This document shows positions 39,961-50,409 of a stretch of 64,000 nucleotides of DNA, piece after piece (within the stretch, counting starts at the first letter, position 1; each line of letters starts with the position of its first letter). A program made the position numbers and the translations under genes. The notes beneath the pieces were generated by a model. It worked only from the letters and a program-made list of their open reading frames with translations, ran no database searches and was not told the DNA's origin. The stretch spans positions 66,402,001-66,466,000 of the forward strand of contig CM060731.1 of assembly GCA_030704615.1 (NCBI GenBank), read 5' to 3'. Source of the stretch: Takakia lepidozioides (taxonomy: Eukaryota > Plantae > Bryophyta).

Positions 39961-42900
39961 GAGTCACTTGATGAAGTTGAAAAAAGAGAAGGCTGAACAA
40001 GATGTGTTCAGAGTGAACTCTCAAATGCAAGATCGCAGAGAGTTGCTTTTAAGTGCAAACGTCAAGCTAGACATGCTGCGAACGCAATATGACAACGAGA
40101 CTCTAAAGTTGAACGAGTATTTGTCTGTTGATAGCGAGCCGCAAGCAGAAGAGGTGAGCTCCTGTCGCGAGTTGTTGGAAACCCTGCATCGCAAGCTTGA
40201 TTCTCACCAGGGTATTGTGGACCACTTTAAAGATCTGATGGAGGAGAGGGAATCGGAGCATAAATCTACCTTGGAGAAGGCTAAGTTGGATGAAGAGGCA
40301 TGGTGTGTAGCCTCGGATCGGTATAAAGTCTGTCAGAGGCAGAAAGCTGCTATTGCTCAACAGCTTAATGCGATGGAACATGGCCACGATAGGCCATCAT
40401 TCAAACCTTCCCCAATGTGTAACCTTTCTGTTGAATCTCCTGAATTCAACTCCCTAGAATTTCTAACCATTTCACCATGTGCTTTCTGTGGTAAGGGGTT
40501 TAAGCCAACATGGGATTGTTTGGTGGTTTCATGCACTCATGCCTACCATTCTTGGTGTGCATTAGCACACTTTTCGTCCTCAACAACCTGTTTGCAGAGA
40601 CATTGCGGGCAAGAGATGCATGAGGACTGGTGGAGGAGTGTCGGCATCAAAAGGCCATCCTCTGATGCGGTGAAGGTTGTGGGAGATTGGCAAGGTGATC
40701 CTCCCAAGTCTCTTCCAGGTAATCACTGACCAGTCCATGGTATATCTTCGGCTCCATTTTATGCCACACTTATTCTTGATGCATTCCCTGTGTATCCTTA
40801 AAGACACCTTCACTCCATTGTGTTTCCTGGAATGCATCCTCATCTTCCATGTATTTGTTTCATTCTTCCTCCATAGACACTATGTTCCTTGTGGAGTCCT
40901 TGAAGCACCCTTAAATTCATTTTTTTTCCTGGACTGCACCTTCTTTATCCATGGTATTGTCTCATGCTTCCTCCATATTCACTGAGTCCATCTTAATCCA
41001 TGCCTAGGAAGTTTCACTTTTTTCCAAATAAGAGAGAAGCACCTAAAATCCAACACCAACTTTAACTTGCCCATGGGTCCCATTGAACTCAGAAAATTAT
41101 ATTGATGGGGAGGTGGATAGCCTGAACTAGCTGTCTATTTATGCGAGTTCTGAGTCTTCAATCCAGCAGCCCTGGTGTTCTTTGCTGCAGATACTCTTTC
41201 AGTCACAGGTACAATGTGTTTTCGCGATTTCTTTCTTGGGGAATGCCCATCATGGTTGTCATTTTCTCCACGTTTGGTAGCCTTTGTAATGACAGGTTGT
41301 GGGGACATGGCATCATCCTGAACTCGGGCATCCATTGTATCCACACCATGGTTGGGATCAGACTGGGAATACAGTTCAGTAGAGGTCAAATCATTGAAGG
41401 CTTCATCATTTTCCAGGATCAAGTGTTTCTTGGCCATCTTATGTTGGGGTTTACGAGGGGATTGAATGGGACGAACATGTGGTTTTGAAACTGTCTCAAT
41501 TCCTGCAGAATGTCAATTTTGCTGATGTGGCACAGCTTCCAGTTCATGTTCCAAAGCCTGGTAACTCAGTAGCTTGCAATTTGGAGATGTCACCTCATCC
41601 CCCCACAATCAGTAGATTTCTTCGCTGTGGCTACCATCCCAATGCTTGCAATAGATGGGCTGAGTATGGAGGCCGATCTTGGAGCTCCAATGCGGGGGCG
41701 TATCTGAGTAATATCCCGATTACCAGAAAATGAAACTGAAGTGCGTGTTGGGTCTGCTCCCAACCCACAGTAAAACTAGCAACGGTGTCAATAATGGGAC
41801 TGTACAAGACATGTTAGTGAACATCCGTGGAGTGGGAATGATGTACCCTAGAGGTCCATGGACTGCATTGTATGGTGTCATTGGCGGCTGAAGGGATCCA
41901 AGATAACCCTGAAAAGGCCCACCTAGACCATGAAAAATGCTTGCACAACACAAGCAAGCAACAAAGGGTCACAATACATCCTACCAGTCATTAATGGGAG
42001 TCGACTCTGCCACTTGAGCTCAAGCCTCTTTTGTTCTTTTTGTGATCTGCTCTTGGAGGACCGGAGCAGACTTGTGGTGTAGATTTTAGAGCTTCTTGTC
42101 CTTGTCTGTATGTGTGCAATGGCTGGGGTTTCATTAGTGTTTAGTTTCTGCAGTTCTAGTATGTTGTATCATGCCCTAGTATCAATTGGTTTATTTTAGT
42201 TCATGTAAGCTTGTCCAGATGTTGGACTCTGTACTTACATTAATACTCTATCGCTGGCTCGTTCAGCCTCCCACATACATAAGGATTCTTCTCCCCACGT
42301 CTTAGACAAATCCGATGCATTTTATTTTTTTCAAAGAAAGAGGGAGCTTAGCTTTTTGATACAATTTCTCTGAGCAACATTTGGAGTCTTGTGCTGTATT
42401 CTGATTGTTACCCTACTTTGTCCCATGTTCCTTAGGGGCACCAGTGCACATTAGACATAGATTCCTTTGATGTGATGCTGATTTGTTGATCTGGGTTGCT
42501 GTATGTGTTGAAGAGGCTCTTTTGCACATTGCTGATTACCAGTTGAGAAAGAACTTGCTTTGCTTCACAATTTTAAGATCGATATTTATCCAAGCCTTTT
42601 CAGGCCTCCACTTTCTTGATTCCAGGTCCTTGTATACGGTGAAGTTAGTGAAAGATGATTATCTGCTATGGAGAGTGCATTTGGAAATGATGTCTTGTCA
42701 AGTAACCTTTTAGTCCATGTTAGGTAGTGAGCAATGAGACATGGATGTAAATTTCTATCTTGGCACACCATATCCTGGTCCTTTTGACATATAGTACAAC
42801 ATTACTCATTGGGTTCCTCCTTTGTTTGTGGCTGAACAGTCTGGCTGAGGTTTAAATAGTCTTGCACACTTCCTGGAACCTAGTCTTAATCCATCTCAGC

Positions 42901-42986
42901 TTACAGCAACTCTGAAACTTTCTAGAGGTTTGAATGGGTGTAGAGGAAGAGCCTCTTGACCAAATATACACTCAATGTCAACGTAC

Positions 42987-43668
42987 CTTAGCTTCTGAAG
43001 TTTGGTCCATCTTCATAAAGTGCAGAAGAAACTGGGTGGTGGGGCCATTAATGATAAGTGTCAAAAAAGCTACATCCCCTGTGAAAAACACACACTAATG
43101 CATTTGGTCCAAGCAACAGCTTTAGAAGGAAAATCTTAGAGCCTCCCCCAATAATTACCACATTCTGAAACTTGATACCTATTACAACTTGTCGTTTAGT
43201 CATGTCTGGCCAACAGCACCAACCATGTGGTAAATGGTAGTGGGCACCGAAGAATGATACACCTTAAAAAAATGAGACAACAGAGTGACCACAAGTGATG
43301 TACCCGGGCTTCAGTGAGCTTTGAGATGTGAGTGTATTCAAGGGAATCTCTCACCCCAACTTGCTGCCAATGTCCCCATAATAATCAGCTTTCTAGTTCT
43401 AACCTTTCTCAACAAACAAAAGCTGATAATGCAGGACTCAATATGTATGAAGGCTATGAAGCCGCAATCAAACACTATGGAGTGTTACACAAATCACAGC
43501 CACTGTCAAAATGTGGTCACGAAGTCCATAGACTACTTACACCATCAGATAAGGAAAGAGAGAGCAACAGCTCCTCGCAGGCCAGCCCATATCAGCATAG
43601 CAGCCTCTTTCCATGTGAGGCCATAGCCAAAGAACTGCAAACCTTCATAGAGAACTCCCACCAAGTGC
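42987..43668 (-). pseudogene. SOS1: Captured three-exon genomic fragment of a SOS1/NHX7-type Na+/H+ antiporter
   Basis: 43541-43668 LVGVLYEGLQFFGYGLTWKEAAMLIWAGLRGAVALSLSLS; 43304-43363 QVGVRDSLEYTHISKLTEAR; 42987-43094 CVFFTGDVAFLTLIINGPTTQFLLHFMKMDQTSEAK; GT-AG introns retained. Confidence 0.88.
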
Positions 43669-44780
43669 AAGCCAAAGGGCTAGTTAAATTGAGAAGCTCC
43701 ATGGTTGGCCAAAAGTGTATGAGGGATGACTTTCTGGAGGATGCTGATATCTGCAAAGCAAAGAAGATCCATGTTGTGTATGAGAAAGGGGAGCACCCAC
43801 GCCAATCTCTTCTCCAACCAGACTTAGGTGACTGCTCCTCAAATTCAATTCTGGATTTGTCTGAAATCAGATCTGTATCCTGCCTCAAAGTCCCCTTGGT
43901 TTCTTGCTTTCCAGATAAGATTTTGCCAAACACACAACCTCAGGCTCAGTTTAGTTCATTGCATTCGTGCCATTGAATCTGGTGAGTACTACTGACCAGT
44001 TGAAACAGATGGGTACAACAATAGAGCCATGACCATACAATTCCAATTCTACTTCCAGGGCCAACTCTCACAATTGCATTTGAGGGAGCAGACTGAAAAA
44101 GCAGGGTGGAGGCAGCTTTTTAGTCTCCTGAAACCCCTTCCCCATAGGTGGGCACCGTGATGTATCATTTCCTAGTCCCCTGCACTAGTATTTGGAACCC
44201 CAGACCCCCGTGCTACTGCCCCCCAGCCCTGTTATGCCCACCTGTCATCATCACCCAGATCCATTTTAATACAGATATCTTGTGAGGAATGTTCCATCTG
44301 AAAATGGTAACCAGATTAAACCAACCTTGAGCAGAAACCAAATGTTAACAAACATCATTAACTGAAAGGGGGGGCCAGCTGCACATACAGATGGTCCAGC
44401 AAATCTGCCTCAAATATCAAATTTCATCACGGGTCCCCACGTTCTTGCTGCCTTTGAAAGATAAATGTTCCTATTTCAGCCTCCTCTCCCCAATATCTTG
44501 TCCCTCTTGCCTTGCAGTAAAGCCAAAAACTACAGCAACCAAATTCCATAGAGCAGAAACTTGCCTCCTTCAAGAAAGTGAAACACAGCTGCATGCCATG
44601 CAAGAAAACACATCTAGGCAAGTGGGGCTGACCCAAGTGGGGCTTGAACCCACTATCATGCCCAACCACTTCTGGCATGCATGTGGGTAATGTGCAGGGC
44701 AAACTGCAAGTTTCATGGCCTACTGCTCACATAGGCCATGGAACTTGCCCCCCCTTTTTGGTTCAAGGTTAGGTGGTCAC

Positions 44781-47700
44781 CTACTCCTCGCCACAATCTA
44801 GGGCAGCAATTGCTGCCCTGATTCCATCTTCAGCATAATGTGGCAGATTGTAGACTGGATCATTCCCAGCTACCCGATAAGTAGTTGGTAGCATGGGGAA
44901 CTTGATCGCACGCACAGATTCTGCATGTAAAACGACCACACGGGATTTGCGGAGGAGAATGTAGGTGTTGTCTCCTGTCCCCCACTTTTGATAGTACTTC
45001 CCAGTAACTACCATGTCACTTTCAATGAACCTTGTGCCCCATGTGTCAGTAAATCCCTTCGTCACTGTGTGAAGAGGTCGGACACAACAGATGATGTAGA
45101 AGTCTACGTCTTCGTCGTTGTCTTCCTCTGCATTAACAGCAAAATTATCACCGATCTCAATGCATCCGGCAAGGTAATCACCATTGACTCCAAAGTCATC
45201 CCATTCCTCATTTGCTGCTTCTTCCATGGCCTTCCGTACATATCGTGTGTTCTTAGGGTTCAGGAATTCCAGCTCCCAGTCACCAGTCCATGAAATGTTC
45301 ACACAATCCATTGTGAGTCAATGCAGAAGCAGCAAAAGCATGCCATCATCTTTTTCATCAATTTGTTAGCATCCCCACTACTTACAGATCTGACCGAATG
45401 CAATTGTTGTGTGCCCTTTACAGGGTCGCAGTCGTACTGCGCATGACGCTTTATATCACCAACTTTCACCTCCCAAAATACCCGCTTCACCTCTTGTTTC
45501 TGCCTTGTGTAAGAAGTCTCTGGCCTTGAAGACAGACGCTCTCTCAAGAATTTCACCACATCCTCTGCTGTTTGCAGCTTGGCACCTGAGACATCCAATT
45601 GCGCACTACCGAGAAACCTCTTAATGACCGCACCTGCACCATCATGAGGGCCCTTCCCGTGCCCTGTACCAAAGAATGACCAAAGTAGAACGCATCCTCC
45701 TGTCAGATAAGGGTATCTACTTACAAAGTACCAAGGGACTTTGCTCTTAAATTGGGCAGAGCACCCATCACTCCAAATCTAGTGTTGTCTTGGTCAAAAC
45801 AAAGTAGCGGTCACGTGCTGCCAATGGAGCTGGAGACAGTGCTGAACAAAATAACTGTCATGTGTTTTATCATCTGAAATGAAGAAATGATATTCCATCA
45901 AGGTTTCTGAGCCAGGATCATGCAGGTCTGGGTTAGGGTTTTGACGCCATGTGATGAGGACCATTATCGTGATTTGATAAGAATACCAATGCATGCTCTG
46001 CACCTCATTCTGCACTTCAAAACTGTAGTTTTCAGCGAAGTCCACCACTGAAACTAACACATCGGCAGGGAAATTCATGAGGCACTCTTTAAATTGTTTG
46101 TCCTCCCAGCGTGCTACGAAATTATGACGGACAAAGTATTTGAGTTTAGGCTTCGAATACCGAATCAACTCATGAGGTGGTGTCCTCTTATAGAGAAGAG
46201 ACAACTTCTTTCTCTCCTGACCTGTTTTTGTTGTGATAGTTTGCATTGAAAAATGCTTCCACTCCACGAGAAGGTCTGTAGATTCATCCTCCTCAACAGG
46301 GCAAATGGCAAGGTTATCCACACCACAGTTCTCACATTCACCATACATGCAATCTCGCTTGTGCCATAGTGAATATTGATCCTTTGGGCACACCACTCTT
46401 TCCCACATATCAGTAACACGGCTACAGGTTGCTAGAGCACCCACACATGCATCTACCTCATCTGGACGGCATATGTCTTCGCATTCACAATCACAACCAG
46501 CAGTAGAATGGATACATGCCTTTGTCCGCATGTTATTGAACCCACTCTAAGTTCTTCCATCTCCACGTGGTAAATACAAGCACACACATTACGCTCTTTC
46601 ATCCTCTTCACATAGAACGGTTTTAGACGGTCAAAAGCTCGCTTCCCAATGATGTTGTTAGGATGCGCTCTCTGGAATCTGAGGAAAAAGTCCATCTACA
46701 CAGCCACTTCACTTATGAGAACATTGAGGGAAATTTACTACAATCAGTATGTACTTCACAAGAATCCCCATCAATTGCCTTAGTCTATGCATGTCCAGAA
46801 ACATCCATGCTGGATAGCCATAAGTACTTGTAGTATCTGATTGTTTCCATGACAAATCCAGTGACCTCCACATATACTCCTTCAACTCCACATACATCCC
46901 TAACAACTCCATAGAAGGTGCCCTCAAGTGGAGTCATGGACAACTAGTCCAGTAATAGTCCATATTGTTCAGTAGTATCTTACAGTGAAGTCCATAGAGT
47001 CCCCATGGCCTCCACTACATTCCAAAAAACATCCATGAGTCCACATTGATAAGTAGTAACTTGTAATGAAGTCCAAAGTTCCTCATGGACTTCACTGTAC
47101 AATCCAGAATACATCATTGACACCAAGGAACTTCATAGAGGCTGCCACAGACATCCAAAGCAAGGGGCATGGTCCACAAGTCTATTCATGGCAAGGAAAC
47201 CTGCTCCATTCCACAAAACTCAAAGAATCCTAGTTATGAAATTACCAAAAGAAAATTAAGGGAGTAGATACATACCTGAGGCTCCATCAAGTAGTGGGTA
47301 GGCTTCACATCATAAACAAATGCTTCCAACCGCTTCCTCGTGACATCCTTTCTATTGGGACTGATCCGAGTTTGAGTCGCCCACCAGGAAAGCACCAAAT
47401 CTTTTGTGGCATCTGAAATATTATTGTCAGTCCTCCTCTTTCTTAAAGACAAAGTCCATAGAATTTGGCCAGTGGAATCCATAAGCTTACGGCGCTCCAT
47501 TGCCAGACTAACATTCCGATGATGGATACCCAAAACCTGAGCCTTAGATCGAAATGAAGTTCTACCACCCCCACTTACCACTGCATTTAGAAGTGCATGC
47601 TTGCTGGCCAAATTAGATGCTGAATTTGCCAGTTTCATCTCAGACAGAGACTTTATCAACCCATCAATGACCTCTTGTTGTGCCTCAACAATCTTAGGAT

Positions 47701-48106
47701 CCTGAACATAATCTGGCAACATATGAGAGATTAAAGGGTGTGAAAGGACCTTCTCCAAGACAAGTTTCTTACTAGCAGGTCCAGGGAAGATTGTCAAAGT
47801 TTTGGAAATGCACTCGGCAATGTCTCGGGCAGCCCTTCTAACCTCCCTTTCGAGCACAACTTCCTCCACATTATGATCACCACCGGCCAAGTCACTGCGA
47901 TTAGGGTTAGTCTCAACTGTCAGCTGTGATTGTTTGCGGGCCTTGTAGTTAGCTTGATTGCGCCGCTTCCTGTCACTGAAGGAGCGTAATCTCTCCAATT
48001 GCAGTGCATGTTCTTTGGCCCTGCCTTTGGGCCCACGTCTGTAAACCCTAGTTGGCTGCAATGTTGCTCGACATTGGGGAGCCATAAGCAACCCAAAATC
48101 GCTGAA
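44781..48106 (-). pseudogene. Sola(2)-type DDD transposase, spliced and degenerate
   Basis: Exons about 47276-48106 and 44781-46696. Cys-rich CACIYH and CMYGECENC; VVDFAENY, HDSYFVQH, WSDGCSAQFKS, FFGTGHGKGPHDGAGA; C-terminal CFCCFC; in-frame TAG near 45780 and frameshifts. Confidence 0.8.
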
Positions 48107-48513
48107 CCTGCACGTGAAGCACATACACAACATTAGGGCAATTCATCGTAAAAGAGGAAAGAACGCACGAATACGCAGAACCTATACAATACTAGTCTCC
48201 CAAATCCCAACTCCTAATGCTCGGTCTGGGCCTTATGCTCGTCTCTGGAATATCGGGCCAGTAGCCGCACTGGCCACAACATGTGAGTGCTTCCGTCAAC
48301 CATGTGTGGAAATATCCATGTTGTTCTCTTGACTAAAAAGCCTGCAATCAAACAACTTCATCACATTAGAAGAGGTTTGAACTCATCGTGGCATGAGAAA
48401 CAAGAAGATTTCTATGATAGAATCCAAGCCAAAAAAACAAGTCGACAGCACCTGCACTCCATGAAGAGGACCCTCTTGGAGAATCCACCAGCCACCTAGG
48501 TGTAAGTACGTTC

Positions 48514-48830
48514 TTAGGTCTCTCCTTCACCCCTCCTCACACACAATGTCCAATCGTCAAATGTGGAGGACATCATCTCTATAAAGAAAGGCAAAATTTT
48601 CATTCCCCATGGATGTATGGCTTCTGGAACCTTGTACAAAAGCAAATCGCCATCTTGGGGCCCATCAATGCAGAACCATGGAAGGGGCTCTACTACAAAC
48701 TGTGGCTTTGGCCGGAAAGGCGCATTTGAAGCATTCCCACACATACTCAAGTCTGACAACTCAAAGCATATCACTTCAAGCTCTATGTCATCGGCACTGA
48801 AATAGTCGTCATGGCTTTCGTGAATCAACA
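48514..48830 (-). other. Unidentified coding-like exon upstream of the transposase inside the Sola element
   Basis: Protein-like ORF (DDIELEVICFEL...WFCIDGPQDGDLLLYKVPEAIHPWG) with splice-like boundaries; family not recognised. Confidence 0.4.
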
Positions 48831-49578
48831 TAACGCAGAAACTCACCCAAACTATCTTTCCTTGTATACGATTCACACTGGAAGCTAGACGATGCAAGCA
48901 CGAGGTGAGAGAGACAGCATGTGAGAGACAACAGCACGACGATGTGCGTTTCATCTCCCGCTCAAAAACTAGGAATATTTCTGAAAATTAATTAAAATTA
49001 TTGAATTTGAAGAAACCGACACGTCACCTGATATGGGAGTATGGACCAATCGGATTTTTGACTCGGATTTGTCCATTTCTTAACGAGCCATTGTAGAGAA
49101 TTGTTTCTTACACCCTTTTAGTAAAGAAAAGCACCCCAAAACATTAAAATAGAATACACTATGGACTTTTCAAAAAATCGCTCTTTTTGGGACATATATT
49201 AGTCCATATGGCACAAATGACAACTGATATTGTTATTCTAAATTGAAATCTAGAATGTTCTCTAAATTGGCCCCCTTACCTTAGAATTTCAAAGCAATAC
49301 ACCAAAGGCACATGCCCATATGCCGAGTCCACGTATTTCCATTTGCAGCGGTAACAGTCCATAGTGGTCGTGTTCAAAAGTCCATAGCTCTTCGAAATTT
49401 TATTGGATTGACAATTGGACAGCTGATATAGGTAGATATTGAAGTTAGGAATCTAGCATGGAAACGTTTTATCAACATTATTGAGTGCACTCAAAGCAAT
49501 TCATGATATCATGCATGACAGTCACTAAAAATTGTGCCGGTAACGCAGTTTTTGGTCCACCTTAGCGTGCATCTACCC

Positions 49579-50390
49579 CCTAAGTGATCGATTACAATAT
49601 TCAAGTCAGTCATCCACTTGAGAACAATAACATTATCTCGAGTTTCAAGCAATGTGTTAAACTGGGTGAAAATATCACCAGTGAATGCGGTTGTTGCATC
49701 CACATACATCCTATGCACATCAGCCTTACATATCTTCACGGCAGCCACGAAATCGCAGACGAACACTTCTGTGAGTTGTGCGAACTTGACCAGAGAATGT
49801 ACACACTCCAGCAATGGCACAAAGCAGCAAAGGGACAACATAACCTCAACATCACATAGCAGCTCAAGGTTTTTAAAAGCAACTACCTCGTTGCGTGAAT
49901 CATCATACATCTTCATAAGCGGAGGCCTGTACTCGGCCAGCACCCTCTTTGCTGGGCTAAGCATTGAAATCCATCGAGTTTTGACGTTGCGTAGAATTTT
50001 GTTACCTTTTGTTTCCATGATCTCAACTAATTTGCAGAGTTTAACATGTCTCTTTGGGGATTTGCAAAATTATCCATACAAACCTTGCAAGAGCATCTCT
50101 AGCCTGTGCACGGCAACTATATCTGACAAGGCCTGAACTGCAAGATTTGTGCGATGCAAGATTTGAAGACTTTTGGATCTGCACTGTCATTCCGTTTTAC
50201 ATGCCCTGAAATGTAGCAACCCCGTCAGCTCCAAATGATACAAGTCTGGTAGGGCTATCAGCACTGCTCACACCACCCCCGATGTGTAGAGCGTTCATAA
50301 CAACATGAGTTAGGTTGCCTGCATTGCTGCCATCAACAACACGCTCCACTCTTACGCCTACGCATGAGAAAGAAATGAGGCGGTGGTGCA
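49579..50390 (-). pseudogene. hAT transposase, central catalytic part (continues into 36738)
   Basis: RLVSFGADGVATFQG, HRTNLAVQAL, KILRNVKTRWISMLSPAKRV, LKWMTDLN.VIDHL. Confidence 0.85.
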
Positions 50391-50409
50391 TTGCCTTGAG
50401 CTTTGGCGC

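Larger units (their letters stand above)
37217..40729 (+). pseudogene. Transposon accessory gene: unknown N-terminal domain, coiled coil and C-terminal RING-type zinc finger; disrupted by two insertions
   Basis: In-frame join WMIAHQ|KHVVPAS...KVNWAVFAE across the 9-bp TSD; E/K/L-rich helix 39968-40380; CAFC..CTHAYHSWC..CLQRHC. Confidence 0.75.
36739..49578 (-). mobile_element. 12,840-bp Sola(2)-like DNA transposon with both TIRs and cargo
   Basis: 30-bp TIRs GGGTACATGCACGCTAAGGTGGACCAAAAA (36739-36768) and TTTTTGGTCCACCTTAGCGTGCATCTACCC (49549-49578), 1 mismatch; 4-bp TSD CCTA; removal restores hAT frame DHLGFDFNG. Confidence 0.9.

Noticed and set aside
43332-43976. 214-aa plus-strand ORF
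   Set aside because: Antisense shadow over the SOS1 exons and introns; no recognisable motifs
44625-44660. tRNA-like B box GTGGGTTCAAGCCCCAC (minus)
   Set aside because: No A box or cloverleaf
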